Assembly (NCBI GenBank): GCA_965209055.1
Contig: OZ242374.1
Span: forward strand, 5,600,001 to 5,664,000
Length of the DNA: 64,000 nt
Source: Acidobacteriota bacterium
GTDB taxonomy: Bacteria > Acidobacteriota > UBA6911 > RPQK01 > JAJDTT01
Direction: 5' to 3'
The notes beneath the pieces were generated by a model. The model saw nothing but the letters and a program-made list of their open reading frames with translations. It was not told where the DNA came from and ran no database searches. This document shows, piece after piece, positions 29,963-38,276 of the stretch. Within the stretch, counting starts at the first letter, position 1. Every line of letters begins with the position of its first letter. The position numbers and the translations under genes are program-made.

Positions 29963-31375
29963 TTGATCGATCTGGACCTGTTCGTCATCGGCACCGGACC
30001 CGCAGGTCAAAGGGCCGCCGTCCAGGCGGCCAAGTTGGGCAAGAGAGTCGGGATCTGCGACCGGCGCGAGGTGGTGGGCGGGGTCTGCGTGAACACGGGA
30101 ACCATCCCCTCCAAGACCTTCCGCGAGGCCCTCCTCTATCTGACCGGTTACCGGCAGCGGGCCATCTACGGAGATTCGTACCGGCTCAAAGAAGACCTGG
30201 ACATGCAGGATCTCCTCTTCCGTTGCCAGCACGTCGTCCAACAGCAGATTCACGTGATCCGGCAACAGATGCGCCGCAACGGGGTGATGCTCCTGTCGGG
30301 CACAGCGTCGTTCAAGAGCCCGTACGAGGTGGAAATTCGCGGGCACCGGAGAGTGACGCGGGTCCGATCGAAATACTTTGTCATCGCCACCGGCACGGAG
30401 CCGGCCCCTCCCCCGGACGTGGCGGTGGACGGAGCGACCGTGATCACTGCCGACGAGATCCTGAGCCTGAAGTCGCTGCCCCGGACCATGACGGTGGTGG
30501 GGGCGGGTGTGATCGGTCTGGAGTATGCCTCCATGTTCGGTGCGCTCGACACCGAGGTCACCATCATCGACAAGCAACGGCGGCCACTCGAGTTCGTCGA
30601 CTCGGAAATCATCGATTCCCTGCTGTATCAGATGCGCAACCGGAACTGCATCTTCCGGCTGGGCGAGGAATTGGAGTCGATCCACCTGGTGAACGGTGGC
30701 GCCGAGGCCCGGCTCAAATCCGGAAAGCGGATCCAGTCCGAGGTCCTGTTCTATTCCATCGGACGGGTCGGCGCCACGGCATCCCTGAATCTGAAGGCCG
30801 CCGGCCTGGAGAGCGACGGCCGGGGACGCATTCCGGTCGGGGTCACGTTCCAGACCCGGCAGCGCCACATCTACGCCGCGGGTGACGTCATCGGCTTTCC
30901 GGCCCTCGCCTCCACATCCATGGAGCAGGGACGCATGGCCGCCTGCCACGCGTTCGACGTGCCCTGCGAATCGATCCCGGAACTGTTTCCCTTCGGCATC
31001 TATTCCATTCCCGAGATGTCCATGGTCGGAAACACCGAGCAGGATCTGACCCGGAACAAGGTTCCCTACGAAGTGGGCACCGCCCGCTACCGGGAGATCG
31101 CGCGAGGCGTCATCCTGGGAGACGATTCGGGCCTGCTCAAGATTCTCTTTCACCGGGAAACGCGAAAAATCCTGGGCGTCCACATCATCGGAACCGCCGC
31201 CGCGGAACTGATCCATATCGGCCAAGCCGTGTTCGCCCTGGGAGGGACCATCGACTATTTCGTCGAAACGGTGTTCAACTATCCGACTTTTGCAGAGTGC
31301 TACAAGGTGGCGGGACTCGACGGCTTCAACAAGGTCGGTCCTCCGAAGACGGGGCCGTTTGGCCAGGCGCCGTGA
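29963..31375 (+). CDS. sthA: Soluble pyridine nucleotide transhydrogenase
   Basis: GTGPAG, GGVCVNTGTIPSK, GAGVIG.EYAS, GFP.LAS.SMEQGR and FNYPT.AE.YKVA.LD. Confidence 0.93.
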   Translation: MIDLDLFVIGTGPAGQRAAVQAAKLGKRVGICDRREVVGGVCVNTGTIPSKTFREALLYLTGYRQRAIYGDSYRLKEDLDMQDLLFRCQHVVQQQIHVIRQQMRRNGVMLLSGTASFKSPYEVEIRGHRRVTRVRSKYFVIATGTEPAPPPDVAVDGATVITADEILSLKSLPRTMTVVGAGVIGLEYASMFGALDTEVTIIDKQRRPLEFVDSEIIDSLLYQMRNRNCIFRLGEELESIHLVNGGAEARLKSGKRIQSEVLFYSIGRVGATASLNLKAAGLESDGRGRIPVGVTFQTRQRHIYAAGDVIGFPALASTSMEQGRMAACHAFDVPCESIPELFPFGIYSIPEMSMVGNTEQDLTRNKVPYEVGTARYREIARGVILGDDSGLLKILFHRETRKILGVHIIGTAAAELIHIGQAVFALGGTIDYFVETVFNYPTFAECYKVAGLDGFNKVGPPKTGPFGQAP

Positions 31376-32109
31376 TTCGTATTTTCCTGCTCCCGTTCCT
31401 CTTGCTGTTCCTTTCCGCCGCATGGTCGTGCGGAGAATTGCACCTGGAGGGACGCTCCGACGAGGAACTGGTCGCGCTGCTTTCCCATGAACTCTGGCGG
31501 ACCCGCGAGGAGGCCCGGCAGCAACTCGTCGCCCGGGGACCGGACGGGGTGGTCCGGCTTCTACTGGAGGAATGGGAAAACACGGGGGATCCCCGGGTTC
31601 GGGACCGGATCGCCTTCATCCTCCATCCCTGGGGCGCTTTCGCCGTCGGCGACCGCGCGGTCCCGGTTCTGGCGGCACTCGTCGCCTTCAACCGCCACTT
31701 GACGGAAGCGCTCCCGAAGATCCGCTCCGCACCGGAGTCCGACCTTCAGAAGATCTCCGAGGGAATCGTCCGCCGCTTCGGAACCCTGATGGAAGTCCTG
31801 AGATTGGAGATCGACGGGGAGCTCGTGCGATATCGGGACAATCTTGTCTCGTCGGTCATTCACCTCCGGCTGGTCCTGAAGCGGGGAGACCGGGCACGGG
31901 CCATCGGCGCCGTCGCCGAGATGAGCCGTAAGATCACCCATCGCATCGAGGCCCACGGCGACCTGGACCGGGACGGACTGCCCACCACCTGGGAGCTGGA
32001 GCACGATCTGGACCCACTGCTGGACGATTCGCAATTCGACCCCGACGGCGACGGCCGATCCAACCTGGAGGAGTACCGGCAGAATCGGGATCCCGGGGTT
32101 GCGGACTGA
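31372..32109 (+). CDS. Putative lipoprotein with a HEAT-like repeat and C-terminal Ca-binding (TSP3/EF-like) motifs
   Basis: GTG overlaps the sthA stop; hydrophobic leader ending AWSC; DLDRDGLP..WE and DPDGDGRSNLEEY motifs. Confidence 0.6.
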   Translation: MIRIFLLPFLLLFLSAAWSCGELHLEGRSDEELVALLSHELWRTREEARQQLVARGPDGVVRLLLEEWENTGDPRVRDRIAFILHPWGAFAVGDRAVPVLAALVAFNRHLTEALPKIRSAPESDLQKISEGIVRRFGTLMEVLRLEIDGELVRYRDNLVSSVIHLRLVLKRGDRARAIGAVAEMSRKITHRIEAHGDLDRDGLPTTWELEHDLDPLLDDSQFDPDGDGRSNLEEYRQNRDPGVAD

Positions 32110-32132
32110 GTTGGCAAACGTGGCGTCGATAC

Positions 32133-32663
32133 CTACGGCCGAACGTCAGTATCGGCTCTTTCCAAATACAGAGTAAATCCCGAACGGGTCTTTTCTCCGT
32201 CGTCTCCGATCTGCTGGAACACGAAGCGAACCTCTTTTTCACCCGGTCGGACCGACCTGTAGGCCCGTAACGTCGCCCTCCAATTCCGCTTCTCGTACTC
32301 GTACTGGGCCTGACCCGTCTCGCTGTAGTGGCGTTCCTCGTCGGTCCCGATGGGATCCGCCGTGGAGCGTAGAAAAAGAGTTCCCAGCACCGGGACGACC
32401 CAGTTCCCGGTGGTCTCCTCATCGTAGGGACGCCCGGAGACGACCGCGACCGGTTGTTCCGTCTTGAGAAACACCAGAGAGGATTTTCCGTTCTCCAACC
32501 GCAGTTGCAGATCGTAATGCCCTTTTTCGAGCACTGTCCCTTTCGCGGTGTAGAGATTTCCCGGGAGGTGAAGCTGGGTGACGTAGGAAGCCGCCTCCTG
32601 GCCGGGCAGGATCGAGGGGAACAGGGACACCAACAGTAGCAGTACCGGAATTCCTGTCCGCAT
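32133..32663 (-). CDS. Hypothetical secreted protein
   Basis: Signal peptide MRTGIPVLLLLVSLFPSILPG; co-oriented downstream of DUF1501. Confidence 0.6.
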   Translation of the reverse strand: MRTGIPVLLLLVSLFPSILPGQEAASYVTQLHLPGNLYTAKGTVLEKGHYDLQLRLENGKSSLVFLKTEQPVAVVSGRPYDEETTGNWVVPVLGTLFLRSTADPIGTDEERHYSETGQAQYEYEKRNWRATLRAYRSVRPGEKEVRFVFQQIGDDGEKTRSGFTLYLERADTDVRP

Positions 32664-32708
32664 CGCGATGGAGCCGTTTCTCTCCTCCGGCACGCCGCAC
32701 CCTGGACG

Positions 32709-34166
32709 TCAGGCCCGGGTGAGCCGCTCGGACAGGTCGTTGTACCCGCCGACGTCGGTCAGCCGCATGTCGCGGCCCTGGGTGAGGTAGGTCAGCCTGG
32801 TATGGTCCAGTCCCAGCAGCGACAGCATGGTGGCGTGCAGATCATGCACGTGGACCCGGTCCTCGATGGCCCGGCAGCCGAGCTCGTCGGTGGCGCCGAT
32901 GACCTTTCCGCCCCGGATGCCGCCTCCCGCCATCCAGCAACTGAAGCCGTGGGGGTTGTGGTCCCGGCCGCCGTCGCCCTGGACCACCGGGGTCCGACCG
33001 AACTCCCCGATCCAGACCACCAGGGTGCTCTCCAGCAGTCCCCGCAGTTTGAGGTCCGTCAACAGTCCCGCGATGGGCTGGTCGATGGCGACGGCGTTGT
33101 CCACGTGGTTCTGGTCGCATTGTGCGTGCCCGTCCCAGTTCCCCTTGTAGAGCTGGACGAATCGAACTCCCCGCTCCACCATGCGCCGCGCCAGCAGGCA
33201 GACCCGGCCGAACCTGGCGGTCCGTTCCTGGTCCAGGCCGTACATTCTCCGGACCGATTCGGGCTCGCCGGCAAGGTCGGTCAGTTCCGGCGCCGCCGCC
33301 TGCATGCGGAAGGCCAGCTCGTAGTTGGCGATGCGGGCGGCCAGACGGCTGTCGTCCCGCCGCGTTTCGAAGTGCCGGCGGTTCCACGACTGGAGCTGCT
33401 CCAGCATCCGGCTCTGGGCGCCGTGGGTGATGTCAGACGGCGGATCCAGGTTCTCGAACGCCGTGCCCTCGTGCCGGGCGCGAGTGGCTTGGTACACGGC
33501 GGGGAGGAACCCCGAACCGTGCAGGGACTCGTCGCTTGCGGTCACGTTCCCCTCGGACATGGCGACGAAACCGGGGAAGTTCTCACTCTCGCTTCCCAGG
33601 CCGTAGACGATCCAGGAACCGAGGGTCGGATGGCCCAGGCGCACCGAACCGCTGAAGAGCAGATTGATGGCGGGCCCGTGGATGAGGGAGTCGTGATAGC
33701 AGGAGCGGATGACCGCCAGGTCATCGGCGCATCGGCCCAGATTCTCGAAGAGATCAGAGATTTCGATGCCCGACTCCCCGTACCTGGTGAACTTGCGGGG
33801 GGAGGCCATCAACTTCGCTTCATGGGCCTTGACAAACTGCAGGCTCAAGTCCTCGGGACGGAAGCTGGGCGGCAGCAGCTGGCCGTCGAGACCGGTCAGC
33901 GCCGGCTTGGGATCGAACGTGTCGATATGGGAGGGGCCCCCCTTCATGAACATGAAGATGACGTTTCTGGCCTTGCCCGGGAAGTGGGGCTTGGTGGGTG
34001 CCAGCGGGTTGTCGATGCCTCCGGCCTGCCGGGCGGCGGCGAACGCGGCCTCCTCCTCGCCCAGACACCCCAGGGCCACGGCTCCAAAGCCGAAACCGGA
34101 CCGGGCCAGGAACTCCCGCCGGGAATGGACCGGTTCGTTCAGGTTACAGAACTGGAAATTTAACAT
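32709..34166 (-). CDS. DUF1501 family protein (Tat signal)
   Basis: SRREFL, GGPSHIDTFDPKP, YELAFRMQ, ARRMVERGVRF, GEFGRTP and HDLHAT. Confidence 0.93.
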   Translation of the reverse strand: MLNFQFCNLNEPVHSRREFLARSGFGFGAVALGCLGEEEAAFAAARQAGGIDNPLAPTKPHFPGKARNVIFMFMKGGPSHIDTFDPKPALTGLDGQLLPPSFRPEDLSLQFVKAHEAKLMASPRKFTRYGESGIEISDLFENLGRCADDLAVIRSCYHDSLIHGPAINLLFSGSVRLGHPTLGSWIVYGLGSESENFPGFVAMSEGNVTASDESLHGSGFLPAVYQATRARHEGTAFENLDPPSDITHGAQSRMLEQLQSWNRRHFETRRDDSRLAARIANYELAFRMQAAAPELTDLAGEPESVRRMYGLDQERTARFGRVCLLARRMVERGVRFVQLYKGNWDGHAQCDQNHVDNAVAIDQPIAGLLTDLKLRGLLESTLVVWIGEFGRTPVVQGDGGRDHNPHGFSCWMAGGGIRGGKVIGATDELGCRAIEDRVHVHDLHATMLSLLGLDHTRLTYLTQGRDMRLTDVGGYNDLSERLTRA

Positions 34167-34214
34167 GACGATACGTCAATAAATAAAGAATGGATCACTA
34201 TTTTGTGCGATCTA

Positions 34215-36899
34215 TTAATCAATATATACGAATTCGTTCAAATTGAACATGGTCAGACACAGTTGCGTCAACGCCGCGGCCCGGGCCCGGCCGATGGACG
34301 AGAGTTCGTCCGGGACCTCCATTTCGTTCTTCGCCGCGGACTCCTCCCCGGACAGCGCATCCAGCAGGTCGAGGGCTTCACGCTTTTCCTTCGCCGAAGG
34401 GGGACGGCTCAACGTGATTCGCCAGGCGTTCTCCACCCAGGCGGACGGATCGTCCCCGTGGCCGGTCACCAGACGCCCGGCCAGTTTTCGCGCCTGCTGC
34501 AGGCCGGTCCTGTGGTTGAGAAACCAGAGGGCCTGGGGCGCCACCGTAGTCACCTGGCGGCGGGGACAACTGAGAGAGGAGTCGGGCCGGTCGAAGGTCC
34601 GGAACATGGGAAACGTGAAGCTTCTGCGCGACAGGATGTAGATCCCCCGGCGGGTGTGCTCCGCCGGGTCGGCAGACACCGGCCAGAGGAATGGCGCCGG
34701 CAACACGTCCAGCTCCTCTGCGGTCAAGGGGGGAACGGCCGGGCGCCCGCCCATTTTCAGGTTCAGCGTCCCCGCCACCGAGTGCAGGGTGTCCCACATG
34801 ACTTCCGCCTCCAGCCGGCGGCGGTTCATACGCCAGAGCGTGCGGTTGCCGGGGTCCAGTTCGCCGTTTCGCGGGTTGGAGTAGCGGCTGGCCATCCGGT
34901 AGGTGCTTGAGGACATGATCAACCGGTGCATCGACTTGATGTCCCAGCCCCGTGCCACGAACTCCAGGGCCAGCCAGTCCAGCAGTTCCGGATGCGTGGG
35001 AGGGTCCCCCTGGGCGCCGTAGTCGTTGGATGTGCGGACGATTCCCTGCCCGAAGTGCCATTGCCAGAGACGGTTGACCATCACCCGGGCCGTGAGGGGA
35101 TGATCGGGACGGCTCAGCCAGAGGGCCAGTTGCCGTCGCGTCCGCAAAGCGGCATTTCCGGTGGCTGCCGGATCCCATCCGTCCCATTCCCCCAGGTAGT
35201 CGAAAACCGCCGGGACGCCGGGAGGCACCCGTTCCAGCCGCCGGCCCAGCTCGCCCCGGTCCAGGACATGCACTTCGGGGATCAGCTCCGGTTCCCGGTG
35301 GCCGAGCACGGAAGCCTTGGGCACGTCGTAGAGACCGTCGAAGTTCACCAAGTGCGAAGCGTCCACTTCGGGCAGCAACACCACCAGCCTGCCGATTTCT
35401 TCCAGGAGCCGCCGCTTCTCCTCCTTCTCTTCGGGGGCCATCCGATCTTCCCAATCCCGGCCCAGGGCTTTCAGCGCCTCGGCCAACGGCGCGGCGAGCT
35501 TTGCCTGCCGGGGAGTCTTCTTCTCGTCCGGGACCTCGTGGGCCGACACCACCTCCGGCGGGAACTCCGACTTGGCGGCCGCGATCATCCGATTCCTGAC
35601 GCCGTCCAGGTAGAGCTTGTAGGTCCTCCGGGCTTCGTCCACGGCGATCATCCGGGGATAGGTCTCGTTCCGGTGGAACCTGGACATCCGGGTTACGACC
35701 GGAATCTCCACCGCATCGCTGGGGGCAAAGATGGCCTGCAGCCGGAAGTAGTCCCGCTGCGAGACGGGATCGAACTTGTGGTCGTGGCACCGGGCGCAGG
35801 CCAAGGTCAGTCCCATGAAGACCGCGCCCGTGGTGTCGACCCAGTCGGTCATCCTCTCGTAGGCGAGCTTTGGGGCGTCGAGCAGGGACTCGACGATCTC
35901 CGGGCCGAAGGTGTAGAGGCCGGTGCCGATCCGGGCTTCCAGATGCTCCAGCTTCTCGGGGGTGATGCCGTAGTAGTGGCCGTGGAGTTCCAGATCGTCG
36001 GGCCACAGCTCGTCCCCGGCGATCTGCTCCTGGAGAAACCGGTCGTAGGGCTTGTTCTCGTTCAACGACTTGATGACGTAGTCGCGGTAACGCCAGGAGT
36101 TGGGAAAGTACTCGTCGGTCTCGTAGCCGCCGCTGTCGGCATAGCGCACCAGGTCCAGCCAGTGCCTGGCCCAGCGCTCGCCGTAGCGGGGAGAGGCCAG
36201 CAGGTCGCGGATGAGCTTGTCGTAGGCGTTGGGAGACGAGTCCCCGAGGAAGCGTTCCACCTGCTCGGGAGAGGGCGGCAGGCCGGTGAGGTCGAATGAG
36301 GCTCTGCGGATCAGCGTCCGCTTGTCCGCCTCCGGAGCCGGTTCCAATCCCCGGCTCTCCAGCTTCTCCAGGATGAAAGCGTCGATGGGATTCCTCACGC
36401 GGTCCCGGTTTTCAACCGCGGGGACAGCGGGCCGCCGGGGTCGCCGGAGCGACCACCAGGTTGGCTCGGACGGAGCGACGGTTGCGGCCGTCGAGTCCCA
36501 GGGAGCGCCTCCGTCGATCCAGTCCCGTAAGGCGTCCAGGTCACTGGAGGGAAGCGGTGGCTTCCCCGGGGGCATTTTCAACTCACCGGCGTGAGAGGCC
36601 GCCAGGAAGAGAAGGCTCTCTTCCGCATTGCCAGGGACCACAGCCGGCCCCTTCCCGCCCCCCTTCAGCATCCCCTCCCGATGCCGCAGGTCCAATCCGG
36701 ACATCCTCTGTTCCCCATGGCAGGAAACACAGTTGCGCTGCAGGATTGTCCTCGCGGTTTCCTGGAGCGGGAAGGTCGACTGGGCGAAAGCGGCGGCCAA
36801 CGCCAGGAACAGGATAGAAATCGATGCTGTTGCGCTCGGAAACACTCTGGAAGGGATTCCTGGGCTACTGGTCATGGAATCGCGATGCCAGCGTAACAT
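34215..36899 (-). CDS. Planctomycete-type cytochrome c protein (PSCyt1/DUF1549/DUF1553)
   Basis: CVSCH, NPIDAFI, YGERWARHWLD, CARCHDHKFDP, TARVMVNR.WQ.HFG and PTHPELLDWLA. Start may be 36875. Confidence 0.93.
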   Translation of the reverse strand: MLRWHRDSMTSSPGIPSRVFPSATASISILFLALAAAFAQSTFPLQETARTILQRNCVSCHGEQRMSGLDLRHREGMLKGGGKGPAVVPGNAEESLLFLAASHAGELKMPPGKPPLPSSDLDALRDWIDGGAPWDSTAATVAPSEPTWWSLRRPRRPAVPAVENRDRVRNPIDAFILEKLESRGLEPAPEADKRTLIRRASFDLTGLPPSPEQVERFLGDSSPNAYDKLIRDLLASPRYGERWARHWLDLVRYADSGGYETDEYFPNSWRYRDYVIKSLNENKPYDRFLQEQIAGDELWPDDLELHGHYYGITPEKLEHLEARIGTGLYTFGPEIVESLLDAPKLAYERMTDWVDTTGAVFMGLTLACARCHDHKFDPVSQRDYFRLQAIFAPSDAVEIPVVTRMSRFHRNETYPRMIAVDEARRTYKLYLDGVRNRMIAAAKSEFPPEVVSAHEVPDEKKTPRQAKLAAPLAEALKALGRDWEDRMAPEEKEEKRRLLEEIGRLVVLLPEVDASHLVNFDGLYDVPKASVLGHREPELIPEVHVLDRGELGRRLERVPPGVPAVFDYLGEWDGWDPAATGNAALRTRRQLALWLSRPDHPLTARVMVNRLWQWHFGQGIVRTSNDYGAQGDPPTHPELLDWLALEFVARGWDIKSMHRLIMSSSTYRMASRYSNPRNGELDPGNRTLWRMNRRRLEAEVMWDTLHSVAGTLNLKMGGRPAVPPLTAEELDVLPAPFLWPVSADPAEHTRRGIYILSRRSFTFPMFRTFDRPDSSLSCPRRQVTTVAPQALWFLNHRTGLQQARKLAGRLVTGHGDDPSAWVENAWRITLSRPPSAKEKREALDLLDALSGEESAAKNEMEVPDELSSIGRARAAALTQLCLTMFNLNEFVYID

Positions 36900-37007
36900 C
36901 CTCGCTTTTCGGCGACCACACCTGTCGGTGGTCGCGTCACCAGCCCGAGTCCGGCCTCGCCGGATGCCAGGTCTCTTCGCGTCATGTCGCGCCGGCGTCG
37001 AGTGGGG

Positions 37008-38276
37008 CTACGAGCCATTCAAGATACACAACGCCTCCCGGACACTATGCTTGGGACGGGCGACGTTGAACGGAAGGCAGATCAACTTGAGGCCGTCAAA
37101 GAAATGACCGGTTAATTCGGCCGTAAAGTTGGGAGAGCGGGGATAGACCAGGGCCACCGTCTTGCAGCCATAGCGTTTCCCATAAGCGTAGAGCTGATAC
37201 AGGTCCCCTCGATCGACGTGGTGTCTTGCAATATCGCTCCTTGACTCGACGGTTTTCCACTTGGCATCAAGGATGAACGATCCGCCATTGCCTTCTTTCC
37301 ACAGAGAAATGTCCGGTCGCGTTCGGAACGGTCCCCGGCCGTCGAGTTCCACGAAGTTCTTCCTGGGACCCTGAGCGGTCACCGTAAATTGGTCTTGGTG
37401 GCGCCGAAAGCTGTGCGTGACGAAGTCCTCGTAGATCTCCTCCATGGGAAACAATAGCGATTGATTCACATGACTGCCGGACCAAGTCGCCAGTCCCCGG
37501 TTGAACAGGAACAGCCCGACCCAACGCATGACCGGTTTGTAGTGCTGCATGGAGCGGTCCACGCTGTGTTTGCGCCAATCGCCGTGTAGGTCTCTCGCTG
37601 GCGGCACCTCGATGAAGGCCGTTTGCATGTTCCGGATTAGTTGCCGGTTCCCCTCGTTTCGCACGACAAGCTTGAGCTTGGAAAGCGTGCTCTGAATGAG
37701 TCGATTGGCCGGGCGATTGACGCTGAGTTCATCGTGCTGCACGAAAAACCGCGATTGGTTGATCAGGTTCTCCCGCAGTTGATCCCGGAAAAGGATGCGG
37801 CCACGCAGATACGGCAAGTTTTCCTCTACGCGCACATACTTTCGGCTGAGGCCGCCGCGAACCAGCAACCCCAGATGGTCGAGGAAGAGGCGCACGAATA
37901 CCTCCAGCATGGGAAACCGGTGCATGTCGCGGATGGCGCTGGCGGAGAACCGCGCTGCCGTCTGCAACCGCCGATACCAACGCAGCATTTTCAGGAAGAT
38001 GCGCCGGGTCTCCTCATGGTCGGGCTCCGCCGTTCCGCCGAGGTCGATCTTGGGGAGGATCTCCACAACATTTCGGGCCCTTGTGGTTATGATTCCGACG
38101 AAGTTGCCGGCGCACAGACCGCCGTTTCGGTCGAACTGAAGAACGGGGCGGTAGTTGTTTTGTCGATCGTACTGATTAGACCGAGCGAAGGCTGTGAGGT
38201 CCGTCAGGTCGCGTTCGCTGAGCCGGCTATTCGTGCGAAACGATTCATGTTCCTTGATCGAATAGACACCGGACAT
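37008..38276 (-). CDS. mcrC: McrC-family restriction nuclease subunit
   Basis: EILPKI, EENL..LRGRI, LLFPME..YE, RPD...ILDAKWK and DLYQL.AY (PD-D/ExK). Confidence 0.92.
   Translation of the reverse strand: MSGVYSIKEHESFRTNSRLSERDLTDLTAFARSNQYDRQNNYRPVLQFDRNGGLCAGNFVGIITTRARNVVEILPKIDLGGTAEPDHEETRRIFLKMLRWYRRLQTAARFSASAIRDMHRFPMLEVFVRLFLDHLGLLVRGGLSRKYVRVEENLPYLRGRILFRDQLRENLINQSRFFVQHDELSVNRPANRLIQSTLSKLKLVVRNEGNRQLIRNMQTAFIEVPPARDLHGDWRKHSVDRSMQHYKPVMRWVGLFLFNRGLATWSGSHVNQSLLFPMEEIYEDFVTHSFRRHQDQFTVTAQGPRKNFVELDGRGPFRTRPDISLWKEGNGGSFILDAKWKTVESRSDIARHHVDRGDLYQLYAYGKRYGCKTVALVYPRSPNFTAELTGHFFDGLKLICLPFNVARPKHSVREALCILNGS

Noticed and set aside
27197-31423. 1408-aa minus-strand ORF and other long antisense ORFs (e.g. 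15312-17402, 34378-36006, 57051-58739)
   Set aside because: Shadow frames of high-GC genes with clear identities on the other strand or frame; no recognisable motifs.
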